This document shows positions 7,005 to 16,100 of a stretch of DNA of 29,668 bases, one piece after another. Every line of letters begins with the position of its first letter. Position 1 is the first letter of the stretch. The notes beneath the pieces were generated by a model. It was not told the origin of the DNA, searched no databases, and saw only the letters and a list, made by a program, of their open reading frames with translations. Made by a program: the position numbers and the translations under genes. This DNA is from Desulfomonilia bacterium (lineage in GTDB: Bacteria > Desulfobacterota > Desulfomonilia > UBA1062): the NCBI GenBank assembly GCA_050014195.1, contig JBEKDT010000026.1, positions 1 to 29,668 on the forward strand. The letters run 5' to 3'.

Positions 7005-9560
7005 ATGATATTTTTCTGTCTTTTGAATCTTTCTTATGTTTGGGGCTTTGATCCGGACGATCCCACACTGAGTACCAAATCGCCCAATATTGCTGACACA
7101 CCTTCTCAGACCCTCACACCTGCAGATATCTCCAGCCCCAAGAACCGGGACGAGCTTTTCATGGAGGTTTTCAAAAAACCTCCCCCAAAAGTCCCCATTG
7201 AAATGGCAGTTTCTCTGGTCGTACAGGGAAAGAGCTTCGGCAAGATAAGTATGAGCTTTTCTGATGACCGTACCGATTTCTTTTTCCCGAGCTCTCCCGT
7301 GATGGTTGCTCTATCCGAAATCCTCAAACCCGACATTTTCAAGGAACTTGGGAAAAAGATCGATCCCCAAGGGAGACTTTCAAAACGAGTTCTGGAAGAA
7401 ACAGGCATCTCAGCAGCGTTCGATAAGAGGAGATTCTCACTGTCGATCCTGGTGCCCGATGATTTGCAGGGCATGCAGATTCATCATATAACCGGGATCA
7501 TGATCGACCCTGCAGCGGTTGATGCACTCCACCCGAATCCGTTCTCGGGTTATGTGAACATGAATGCCAAGGAAGGTTGGTGCTACCCGCAACAATCAGA
7601 CATCAATGATGAGCATCGGGCACCTATGGTGGTGGATTTCGACAGTGCATGGAACTGGCACGGCCTTGTACTGGAGGGTTCGGCTTCATACCTGGAATCA
7701 TATGAACATCCCCTCCAGCGCGGCGACGTAAGGCTCGTGTATGATAACCCGAAAGATTTATTGAGGTATAGTGCCGGGGATCTGAAATATCCTGTCGAGG
7801 GGTATCAGACTACCTTCAATATGGGAGGCATAGGCGTATCAAGGGATTTTTCCTTGCAGCCCTATATCAATGCCTATCCGGTGAGTCAGTTCGAATTCTA
7901 CCTTGATACCCCGGCAACAGTGGACGTATGGGTGAATGAGACTTTGACCGGCTCCTTGCACCTGGCTTCCGGTACGCACGATATCAGGGATTTCCCTTTC
8001 TCCAATGGGCAAAACGACGTAAGGATCGTCATCACGGATATCTACAACAGGATCCAGGTCTTAAGGTTTTCCTTCATACAAGATACATCGCTCCTGGCAT
8101 CCGGTTTGTCACAATTCTCGTATAATGCCGGGTTCCGCAGTACGATCAAAGACAACTCCTATCGCTATGCAACAGATGAGCCGGCCCTCTCCTTATTTTA
8201 TCGGAAAGGGTATAGTGATGTTTTTACCATGGGTGGATACCTGCAGGGTATTCCAGATCAGGGGCTGGCCGGGTTCGAAGGGGTCTATGCGGTACCATTG
8301 GGGGAATTCACTTTCGATACTGCTCTGAGCGCGGTGAAAGATGAAGACCAAGGCTTGGCAAGTAAATTCACCTTTACCCATAAGCCCAACCCCAACCATA
8401 CAGGCTCGGATGTCAGCTGGCAGCTCGGTATAGAATATCTTGGGCACGGCTTCACCCGTATTACCGACACATGCCCGAATGACACTGCCTCCTTGAACCT
8501 GTCGAGCTATATGATCATTCCCTTGGGGTCCGGTTTCTCTTCGGGCATAGGGGCAGGGTATACCTTTGCCCGGGGGGATGATGCATCCAACCAATATACG
8601 CTCTCCGGGAGTTTAAATAAGACCTGGTGTAAAAACCTGAACAGCAACCTAACCGTTCAATATAAACGTGACAGGGATGGGAAAATAAACACGGATGTCT
8701 TCTTCGGTTTAGTCTGGATGTTCTCAAACCAAAGCTTAGCGGTCAGCATGGCTTCAGGGGGAAGACACAACATGCAATGGGATTACAATCAGTCTTCCTC
8801 TGTGCCCGAGAAAGTATACGCCACTGCTTCTGAGAACCATGATTCCTCCCAGGATCAATACGAGGCAAAATTGGGGTATGTGGGGAATCGCGGCATAGTC
8901 GAGCTTTCCCAAACGCATGAAGATCTCCATTATCAGGAAAATCGTTATCATACAAATCAGACAGACATCACCCTCCAGAGCGCCCTGGTGTATGTAGACG
9001 GAAACTGGGCATTATCACGCCCAGTGAGCCAGGGGTTCGTCCTGGTGAAAGGCGTAAAGAACCTTCAAGATTCAGAGATTGCCATAAATCCGAGCTCTGA
9101 TGGATATCAGGCTGTTTCGGGTCGATACGACCCTGCGGTGCTCCCATCACTCACACCATATAATGTGAAAAAGGTAGAGGTACAGCCTTTGGACCCACCA
9201 CCGGGCTACCTTGTGGAAAAACCTTTCTTCACCCTGTTCCCTACATATAAATGTGGGTATGCACTCTATGTGGGTTCGGATTCCATGGTCGTCGTCATCG
9301 GCAGCCTCGTTGTTGGAACAAGCGGAGAACCTTTCGGACATCAGTCAATTGAAATTGTGTCCCTTAACGATCCAAAGGCAGCGCCTCTCCAGACGTTCAC
9401 CAACCGAAAGGGACAATTCCAGCTTCTCGGCCTGAAACCGGGGAACTACGAGATACGACCGGATGAATCTTCAAGGATGGGGACCGTGACTTTTCAGATC
9501 CCTGAAGGAACCGAGGGCATTTACCGTATCGGCTCATTAGCTCTCCCCAAGAAACCTTAG
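7005..9560 (+). CDS. Fimbrial outer-membrane usher protein (start uncertain)
   Basis: About 850 aa; LQRGDVRLVYD, MGGIGVSRDFSLQP, PATVDVWVNE..., QFSYNAG, WALSRPVSQGFVLV, FTNRKGQF usher motifs. Confidence 0.92.
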   Translation: MIFFCLLNLSYVWGFDPDDPTLSTKSPNIADTPSQTLTPADISSPKNRDELFMEVFKKPPPKVPIEMAVSLVVQGKSFGKISMSFSDDRTDFFFPSSPVMVALSEILKPDIFKELGKKIDPQGRLSKRVLEETGISAAFDKRRFSLSILVPDDLQGMQIHHITGIMIDPAAVDALHPNPFSGYVNMNAKEGWCYPQQSDINDEHRAPMVVDFDSAWNWHGLVLEGSASYLESYEHPLQRGDVRLVYDNPKDLLRYSAGDLKYPVEGYQTTFNMGGIGVSRDFSLQPYINAYPVSQFEFYLDTPATVDVWVNETLTGSLHLASGTHDIRDFPFSNGQNDVRIVITDIYNRIQVLRFSFIQDTSLLASGLSQFSYNAGFRSTIKDNSYRYATDEPALSLFYRKGYSDVFTMGGYLQGIPDQGLAGFEGVYAVPLGEFTFDTALSAVKDEDQGLASKFTFTHKPNPNHTGSDVSWQLGIEYLGHGFTRITDTCPNDTASLNLSSYMIIPLGSGFSSGIGAGYTFARGDDASNQYTLSGSLNKTWCKNLNSNLTVQYKRDRDGKINTDVFFGLVWMFSNQSLAVSMASGGRHNMQWDYNQSSSVPEKVYATASENHDSSQDQYEAKLGYVGNRGIVELSQTHEDLHYQENRYHTNQTDITLQSALVYVDGNWALSRPVSQGFVLVKGVKNLQDSEIAINPSSDGYQAVSGRYDPAVLPSLTPYNVKKVEVQPLDPPPGYLVEKPFFTLFPTYKCGYALYVGSDSMVVVIGSLVVGTSGEPFGHQSIEIVSLNDPKAAPLQTFTNRKGQFQLLGLKPGNYEIRPDESSRMGTVTFQIPEGTEGIYRIGSLALPKKP

Positions 9561-9669
9561 CCGAGTTTCATTTTATTTTCGTAGTAAGGCCTTTTCGAAT
9601 CCGCTATTCTGAAAAATATGTAATTGGATTAGGACTCATTGCAGGATATATTTACCTAAAGCGCTCATG

Positions 9670-9691
9670 TATAATTCCAACAAAGGAGAGG
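9670..9691 (+). promoter_or_regulatory. Consensus -10 box (TATAAT) and strong SD (AAGGAGAGG) upstream of the ABC operon
   Basis: TATAAT at 9670-9675; no correctly spaced -35 found. Confidence 0.4.
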
Positions 9692-9720
9692 TCAAACATG
9701 AGAAATGAGCTGTGCTTATC

Positions 9721-10506
9721 ATGATCGAAGTACTTGATCTTGTTAAAAACTTCGGAGAATTCTGCGCCGTCAACCATGTTTCCTTTGAGGTTTCTGCAGG
9801 AAAGATCTTCGGTTTTCTCGGGCCGAATGGTGCAGGTAAGACGACTACAATCAAAATGCTTACAACCATATTAAAGCCGACCAGTGGTGTCATAAGGGTT
9901 GATGGACATGATCCCGTGCATGAGAAACACCAAGTACGGAGCTCGTTTGGGATTGTGTTTCAAGACCCAAGTCTTGATAGTGAATTAACGGCATTAGAAA
10001 ACCTTGATCTCCATGGTGTACTCTATGGCGTTTCATCGAATGAAAGGAAACAAAGGATTGAAAAGTTGCTCAAGTTCGTCGAGCTGTGGGATCGAAGAAA
10101 AGATTTTGTAAAGAATTTCTCAGGCGGCATGAAACGAAGGCTTGAGATCGCCCGTGCGCTTATTCATGTGCCGAAGGTCCTTTTTCTTGATGAACCGACG
10201 CTCGGCCTTGATCCTCAAACACGCAACCATATCTGGAATTACATCCGGCTCTTAAACAAGGAACAGAATATCACGGTCTTTTTTACTACACATTATATGG
10301 AGGAAGCAGAGCGTGTAGCGGATGAAATCGCCGTGATCGATCGTGGAAAGATCATAGCGCAAGGTACGCCTGTCACACTGAAGGAGAAAACCCATACCCG
10401 ATCTCTTGAAGATGCATTCATCGCCTTAACAGGATATGCGATCCGCGATGAAGAGGTCTCTCCCGTGGATCGAATGAGAACCATTGGAAAGGTTTGGGGG
10501 CGTTAA
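9721..10506 (+). CDS. ABC-2 type (DrrA-like) exporter ATP-binding protein
   Basis: Walker A GPNGAGKTT, signature FSGGM, Walker B LFLDEPT, H-loop TTHYM. Confidence 0.95.
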   Translation: MIEVLDLVKNFGEFCAVNHVSFEVSAGKIFGFLGPNGAGKTTTIKMLTTILKPTSGVIRVDGHDPVHEKHQVRSSFGIVFQDPSLDSELTALENLDLHGVLYGVSSNERKQRIEKLLKFVELWDRRKDFVKNFSGGMKRRLEIARALIHVPKVLFLDEPTLGLDPQTRNHIWNYIRLLNKEQNITVFFTTHYMEEAERVADEIAVIDRGKIIAQGTPVTLKEKTHTRSLEDAFIALTGYAIRDEEVSPVDRMRTIGKVWGR

Positions 10507-11252
10507 TGGATGTAATATTCATACTGGCTTTGAGACAATTAAAACGCTACCTGCGTGCCCGTGCCCGGATCATCGGTTCGCTCGGACAACCCATTTTGTT
10601 TCTTATTGCCTTGGGTTTTGGTTTTGGTCGAACGTATGAAAAAGCCAGAGGAGGAAATTATATCCAATTTCTGGCACCCGGTATCATTGCAATGGGGATT
10701 TTGTTTACCGCTGTCTTCTCCGGAATCGAAATCATCTGGGATAGACAGTTCGGATTCTTGAAGGAGACCCTCGTTGCACCCGTGTCACGCCTTCAGATCG
10801 TTTTGGGCCGAACTCTCGGCGGAGCAACGGTTGCACTAATCCAGGGGTTCATTGTTTTTCTGGTTTGTATCGTTGCAGGTTTCCGAATTCAGGATATGAC
10901 ACTCCTGCCGATAGCATTTATCTTTATGTTTCTCATTTCCATCCTTTTTACGGCTATGGGCACGGTAGTCGGTTCGATTCTTGAGGACCTGCATGCCTTT
11001 CCCCTCATCATGAATTTTCTCGTGATGCCGCTCTTTTTCTTTTCAGGAGCACTTTTCCCGGTTCAGGACGTGCCGAAGGCATTAAAGATTGCTGTTGATA
11101 TCAACCCGCTCTCTTACGGAGTCGATGGACTGCGTGGAGCCATGAGTCAAGGATTCCTTTTCGGATTAGGGACGGACTTTATCGTCCTGAGCATTCTTAC
11201 AGCTATCTTACTCTTTGTCGGTAGTTATTTTTTCTCAAGAATTCAGCTCTAG
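10506..11252 (+). CDS. ABC-2 type exporter permease
   Basis: About six hydrophobic segments; WDRQFGFLKETLVAPVSR and NPLSYGVDGLR motifs; TAATG overlap with the ATPase. Confidence 0.93.
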   Translation: MDVIFILALRQLKRYLRARARIIGSLGQPILFLIALGFGFGRTYEKARGGNYIQFLAPGIIAMGILFTAVFSGIEIIWDRQFGFLKETLVAPVSRLQIVLGRTLGGATVALIQGFIVFLVCIVAGFRIQDMTLLPIAFIFMFLISILFTAMGTVVGSILEDLHAFPLIMNFLVMPLFFFSGALFPVQDVPKALKIAVDINPLSYGVDGLRGAMSQGFLFGLGTDFIVLSILTAILLFVGSYFFSRIQL

Positions 11253-11265
11253 GGAGGTTATCACA

Positions 11266-12555
11266 GTGATGAAGACAAGGTATTTAATCGCGATTGGTTT
11301 ATTCTTCATGGGGGCAACAAGCGCACATGCATCCGATTACATGACGCTTGAAGATTCGATCAAGATGGCCGTTGAGCGTAACCCCGGCGTGAAGGCCCAG
11401 GACCAGGACGTTCTCGGGAAGGATATGGACAAAAGGTCCCAGTTCTCCAAGATGCTCCCTTCTGTGGATCTCTCCTACGGGTATACACGGCTTCAGGATG
11501 CCCAAACGATTGCGTTCCCCCCACCTATTGGTGAAGTCCCCCTGAGCTCGCAAACTCTGTACAGCACGGATATTAAGGCCAAGCAGGTGCTCTTTGCCGG
11601 GGGGGCCTTGTACAACAGCTACCTCATTGCAAAGAACGATCTGATCTCAGCCCAGATCGCACAGCAGAGCTATATCAGAGACTTGAAGCTTATGGTCATC
11701 GACGCCTACTATGGGGTGATAAGGACAAGACAGCAGCGGGAGGTGGCAAAGAGCAATGTCGCTTCCGTAAAGTCTCACCTCGATGTCAGCAATGCCTTTT
11801 TCAACCAGGGAATGATCCCGAAAAATGATCTGCTTGAATCTCAGGTGCAATACGCACAGAGTGAGCAGCAACTTATCACTGCCGATAATGCAGTGAAGAT
11901 AGCCCAGTCGAACCTGAATATCCTTGTGCAAAGGAACCTTATAGAGGATGTGAACATAGACTCGGAGATACCCGTGAACAAGCTGGAAATTACCTTTGAT
12001 CAATCCCTTGCCACGGCCATGGACAACAGGCAGGAGATCAAGACTGCAAAACTGCAGGTTGACAACTCCACCAAAGGGATCGACCTCGCGAGGTCACCCT
12101 TCATGCCGAGTGTGGCTGCAACCTATGATTATGAAAAGCAGAAGGGTGAGAATCCCTCCATGCGATACGATACCTGGCAGGCTGGGCTGGGGCTTACCTG
12201 GAACCTCTTCTCGGGGGGCTCCGACTACTGGAATTACAACAAGTCGCACTATATGAACAGCAAGGCCGTGTACCTGCTGGAAAGCCTGAAAGACCAGGTT
12301 ACCCTCGAGGTCAAGAACTCTTACCTCAATATAGAGGAGGCGCAGGCCCGTTTGCAGGTGGCCGAGAAGGCCATTGCTCAGGCAGAAGAATATGTAAGAA
12401 TAGAAAAAGACCGGTATAACGTCCAGGTGGCGACAACTACCGACGTGCTGACGGCCCAGACCCTGTTAGTGCAGGCGCAGAACAACTATATAAATGCACG
12501 TGCGGATCACGCCAGGGCCATGGCGGCGCTGCGCGCCTCCATGGGCACCCTCTAA
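11266..12555 (+). CDS. TolC-family outer membrane efflux protein
   Basis: Signal peptide; two OEP repeats (TLEDSIKMAVERNP..., TTDVLTAQ); GGAGG SD. The start is GTG 11266 or ATG 11269. Confidence 0.92.
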   Translation: MMKTRYLIAIGLFFMGATSAHASDYMTLEDSIKMAVERNPGVKAQDQDVLGKDMDKRSQFSKMLPSVDLSYGYTRLQDAQTIAFPPPIGEVPLSSQTLYSTDIKAKQVLFAGGALYNSYLIAKNDLISAQIAQQSYIRDLKLMVIDAYYGVIRTRQQREVAKSNVASVKSHLDVSNAFFNQGMIPKNDLLESQVQYAQSEQQLITADNAVKIAQSNLNILVQRNLIEDVNIDSEIPVNKLEITFDQSLATAMDNRQEIKTAKLQVDNSTKGIDLARSPFMPSVAATYDYEKQKGENPSMRYDTWQAGLGLTWNLFSGGSDYWNYNKSHYMNSKAVYLLESLKDQVTLEVKNSYLNIEEAQARLQVAEKAIAQAEEYVRIEKDRYNVQVATTTDVLTAQTLLVQAQNNYINARADHARAMAALRASMGTL

Positions 12556-12646
12556 TCATAGTTCTCTGCCCGGAGCACCGCATTTATAGTGTATGGGGAG
12601 AGGCCGGCCTTGATAGTGCGCTTTGAAGTATGCTAACCACTCCCGC

Positions 12647-14278
12647 ATGACGAAGAAGCCCGCACTGAAGACCGAGATCTCGAAAGTACTTGCGTGCACG
12701 CTCGCAGATCGCGCACGCAGTATCATCGACTCCCCATACACCAAACAGATCATCGAGCAACTCCCTCCTCAGGAGTCTTACCTCATCATCAAGGAATCCT
12801 GGGGCACCGACAGCCAGATCCTGCTCCAGTATGTACCGCCGGAGGCGGTGAGCCACTTTATCGATCTGGACTGCTGGGAGAGGGATACTTTTTCAGTGGA
12901 TTCCTTCATGGAGTGGCTGTGGGAGATCTACAATGCTTCGTTTGAATCTCTTGCACAGGCCCTTGAAACCCTCGACATAGAGATACTCGTGCTCCTTTTC
13001 CAGACCTACATCGAGGTGGTGCACGTACGGCCGACCGACGAGCATATTGCCGATCTCATCGATGAGGGCTTCGAGAGCCTTGACAGTATGTATTTCTACC
13101 GCATCATTCAAGAAGACGATCGCTCCCATTTCATCAAAGAGATGCTGAGTATCCTCTTTACCAATTATCGTGATCTCTACTACTCCATCCTTGAAGGTGT
13201 CATGTGTGAGCTTAGATCCGGTATGGAGGAGACCACCTACGAGCGGAGGTCGTTGCGTCTTATGGAGATGGGATTCCCCCTGCCGGACGAAGCCATAAGC
13301 GTCTATCAGCATGTGCGGCCCGAAAAGCTCCTGGATCAGGGCATCATCAAAGAAAAGACCCCCATTATCACGAAGCACCTCCACATGCTTCCCACGGTCT
13401 ACCTGGAGCAGTTCTCCCAAGGCAGGGGGTTCCTCGTGAGGTCGCTGCAAAAGACCTCGCCCGAGACAAAAGAACGCTTCCTCTATGAGATGATCTACCT
13501 GGCCAACAAGATCATCATGGCCGACTACAAGCCCCTCAATGAGATGCAGGAGCTCAAGCACAGTATGGAAAAGGCAAGCTCGCTGGTCACACTGGGATTG
13601 AGTGTTGCCATGAAAGAAAAAGCCGTTACGGGAGATGCGGTCTTAAGCTCGATGAATGCCGAGACCCTGTTTTCTCTCGGATATAACATGGTCTATGTGC
13701 AACAGCGCAGGTTGAAGCTTCTCCTCAATTCCATCGAAGCAACCATGATACCGGAAAGACTCAAAGGGTACACCGAAGGACTTCTGAAGAAGAGGCCGCT
13801 CTTTAAAGACAAAGAATTCTCACTCCTCGAAGAACTCGAGGAGGTGACGCATGCCATTGATACGATCGAGACCATGGCTGGAATCATGTCCGTTTTGGAG
13901 TGGGAGGACCAGATACCTAACCTGTTCGGAACCAATACGGGGGCAAACCTCGACATGGAAGCCGTCATCCTAACCTCACTTGCTGTTAATACCCTTGACC
14001 ATCACTCAAAATTCCGACCTTTGCTCCGAACAGAACTTACAACCTTTCTCTCCCATGCAACACGTCGAAAGGGCGTTCGTCGTATCGCAGCATCTACATT
14101 CATGAAAGACCTTGAGATATACCTATCTCAGCTCAACAGCAATCTGGATCAAGCCTATAGAGCAGACATCGCATCATCTCTCACGTATCGAATGGAGGAG
14201 GAGATCGGAGGTCTGAAAGACCTGGATCAACTCGATCAACGGTTCATCACCTGCTTTATAGTGAAACTCAAAGACTAA
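12647..14278 (+). CDS. DUF6178-family protein
   Basis: QLPPQESYLIIKE...FIDLDCW and E..YERRSLRLMEMGFP..EA.SVY pattern, recognised as this deltaproteobacterial family. Confidence 0.7.
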   Translation: MTKKPALKTEISKVLACTLADRARSIIDSPYTKQIIEQLPPQESYLIIKESWGTDSQILLQYVPPEAVSHFIDLDCWERDTFSVDSFMEWLWEIYNASFESLAQALETLDIEILVLLFQTYIEVVHVRPTDEHIADLIDEGFESLDSMYFYRIIQEDDRSHFIKEMLSILFTNYRDLYYSILEGVMCELRSGMEETTYERRSLRLMEMGFPLPDEAISVYQHVRPEKLLDQGIIKEKTPIITKHLHMLPTVYLEQFSQGRGFLVRSLQKTSPETKERFLYEMIYLANKIIMADYKPLNEMQELKHSMEKASSLVTLGLSVAMKEKAVTGDAVLSSMNAETLFSLGYNMVYVQQRRLKLLLNSIEATMIPERLKGYTEGLLKKRPLFKDKEFSLLEELEEVTHAIDTIETMAGIMSVLEWEDQIPNLFGTNTGANLDMEAVILTSLAVNTLDHHSKFRPLLRTELTTFLSHATRRKGVRRIAASTFMKDLEIYLSQLNSNLDQAYRADIASSLTYRMEEEIGGLKDLDQLDQRFITCFIVKLKD

Positions 14279-14407
14279 AGAATCCTTCATGCCGATAACC
14301 GGCAAACCGCTCATTGATGATGGAGGGCCCCGGTAAGACAATGAGGGTTTGACAATATCTTATATTTTATATGGTAAACGATCATCAAAAAATTGTGAGG
14401 TGATTTC

Positions 14408-14725
14408 ATGAAAAAGGGTATCGCAGTGGTGTTTGGTATCTCCTTGGCTGTTTTTTTGTATCTTTCCCTTTCCGGCTTTTCTTCATGTGCAAAGTCACGA
14501 TTAGAGCCTATGGGCGATACCGGAAATACGGTCATGACGGCATGCACGGTTTGCCATGATACCCAGCGGATCTGCGACGCACTGGGAAAAAAGGACAAGG
14601 ATACCTGGAGTATGACCGTAACGAGGATGGTTGGAAAGGGGGCATCACTCGACAAGGAGGGTATACCCCAGGTGGTGGGCTTCCTCTCCGGCCTTAAGCC
14701 CGGCTCAAAACCTGTCTGCAAGTAG
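14408..14725 (+). CDS. Small monoheme c-type cytochrome, probable lipoprotein
   Basis: Signal with lipobox-like FSSC; CTVCH heme motif; WSMTVTRM supplies a candidate Met ligand. Confidence 0.72.
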   Translation: MKKGIAVVFGISLAVFLYLSLSGFSSCAKSRLEPMGDTGNTVMTACTVCHDTQRICDALGKKDKDTWSMTVTRMVGKGASLDKEGIPQVVGFLSGLKPGSKPVCK

Positions 14726-14895
14726 GGTATGAAAACTGGGCCGGATCACATGGAACTATGGGAACCCTAAACATCATGTATGGCCCGAAGATCACACGGA
14801 ATATCAAAGAGGGTTATGGACAAAATCTTTGGTATTCATCCCGCTAAATGAAAACGATCCTCCTTTGTTCTTTTGCGTATTTGTTCTGTTCCGTA

Positions 14896-14923
14896 TTGAC
14901 ATTCCTGGAATCAGGATTATCAT
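14896..14923 (+). promoter_or_regulatory. Sigma70-type promoter for the PilZ gene with a palindrome in the spacer
   Basis: TTGACA-16 bp-TATCAT; the spacer contains TCCTG-N4-CAGGA. Confidence 0.55.
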
Positions 14924-15068
14924 TGTCTATTGCAAAATATATCATTTCTCTCTGTCGGGATGCGCCACCTGTACTCACGTTTGTCATGTATTCCCGGTGA
15001 ACCATGAGAGGACCAATTTCCTTCTCATGGTTACAAAAAAACTCATCCCAAGAGTGGGGGGACGGGCA

Positions 15069-15377
15069 ATGATAAACCGCAGAAGAGATAAAAGAATTCA
15101 TCTCCCGGCCAAAATGGATGCAACCATTACTTATAGTGATGCACTGAAAAAGGTTGCGGGAGGCCCCATAGGAAACATTAGTACCAATGGAATGTTCATG
15201 TTGACAGAAGCAGTCCTTGATAAGGATGCCTATGTGACCATGCGACTCAACAGCGAAAACCTCATCGGAAAAACCGTCTACCTCCAGGGTCTTGTCGTAC
15301 GCACCGACGCCAGTGGGATGGCCATCAAGTTCACATACGCCAACGATGATGATATCACTACGCTCCTAAACTTCTGA
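15069..15377 (+). CDS. Stand-alone PilZ-domain (c-di-GMP receptor) protein
   Basis: RRDKR (RxxxR) and NISTNG (D/NxSxxG) motifs; VVR...GMAIKF C-terminus. Confidence 0.88.
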   Translation: MINRRRDKRIHLPAKMDATITYSDALKKVAGGPIGNISTNGMFMLTEAVLDKDAYVTMRLNSENLIGKTVYLQGLVVRTDASGMAIKFTYANDDDITTLLNF

Positions 15378-15398
15378 TGAGGACTGTACCCTTAAGGC

Positions 15399-15731
15399 TC
15401 AGAGATACTTCTCCGGGGGTCGCCGCTCCGGGATGTACACTACAGGGATTATTCCCTCGTTCCAGTCTCGAGAGACATAGAGATTACAGTAGCAGCTCCC
15501 ATACTCCTCTACATCGGGGACCCTATAAACACATGGACAGATGATGTCCCGGTCTTTTTCCTTATCACCCAAGGCTAATCTGCACGGGCAGCACATATAA
15601 CCATAGCGTTTCTTATTAATGAGCAATGCTTCCAGCAGGTCAAATACCCGTTCCCTATCCTTGTTGAAAAAATATCCCTTTGGCTCCTGGATTTTTTTTA
15701 ACATTTCGAAGAGTTTTTCCACTTCACTCAT
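15399..15731 (-). CDS. Ferredoxin:thioredoxin reductase catalytic subunit-like protein
   Basis: CPCR, CPC and CYC motifs (YGYMCCPCR...ICPCVY...GSCYCNLY). Confidence 0.9.
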   Translation of the reverse strand: MSEVEKLFEMLKKIQEPKGYFFNKDRERVFDLLEALLINKKRYGYMCCPCRLALGDKEKDRDIICPCVYRVPDVEEYGSCYCNLYVSRDWNEGIIPVVYIPERRPPEKYL

Positions 15732-15979
15732 AGGCCGAGGGCCTCCTTGATCTCACGGTCCTGGAACCCGATGATAACCTTGTCTCCGCATAGGATAGTG
15801 GGAAACGTCAAGCGTGGATTGTACTTCCTTACCTCATTAAGGATGGCTGCCTTTTCCTCGGTGTCGAGCAAATCCACATCGATGAATTCATAGCGTACAT
15901 TCAGATCATTCAGGAATTTTTTCGCTGCCTTACAGTGGCTGCAGGTGCTCAGCGTATAGATCTTGATTGTCTTATCCAT
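15728..15979 (-). CDS. Glutaredoxin/NrdH-like redoxin
   Basis: CSHC active site, TFPTI cis-Pro, IIGF; overlaps the FTR-like start by 4 nt. Confidence 0.9.
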   Translation of the reverse strand: MDKTIKIYTLSTCSHCKAAKKFLNDLNVRYEFIDVDLLDTEEKAAILNEVRKYNPRLTFPTILCGDKVIIGFQDREIKEALGL

Positions 15980-16100
15980 TATCAATTTCCCCCTATTCTT
16001 ATTTACATAATGGTTTTATATCACGGATTCAATACCGGTGTTCTTGACAGGAATACGTTTTCATCAGAGAATGAGCTTCACATAAATGCGGAGGTTGTTC

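Noticed and set aside
14290-14355. c-di-GMP-I riboswitch, suggested by GGCAAACC
   Set aside because: The GAAA tetraloop stem and the GACGCAAAGC segment are absent.
14735-14802. Imperfect direct repeat GGCC..GATCACAYGGAA occurring twice
   Set aside because: Only two degenerate copies; not a CRISPR array and no function can be assigned.
14829-15068. N-terminal extension of the PilZ ORF from TTG 14829
   Set aside because: It spans a good promoter and leader hairpin; the PilZ motif starts right after ATG 15069, which has a G-rich SD.
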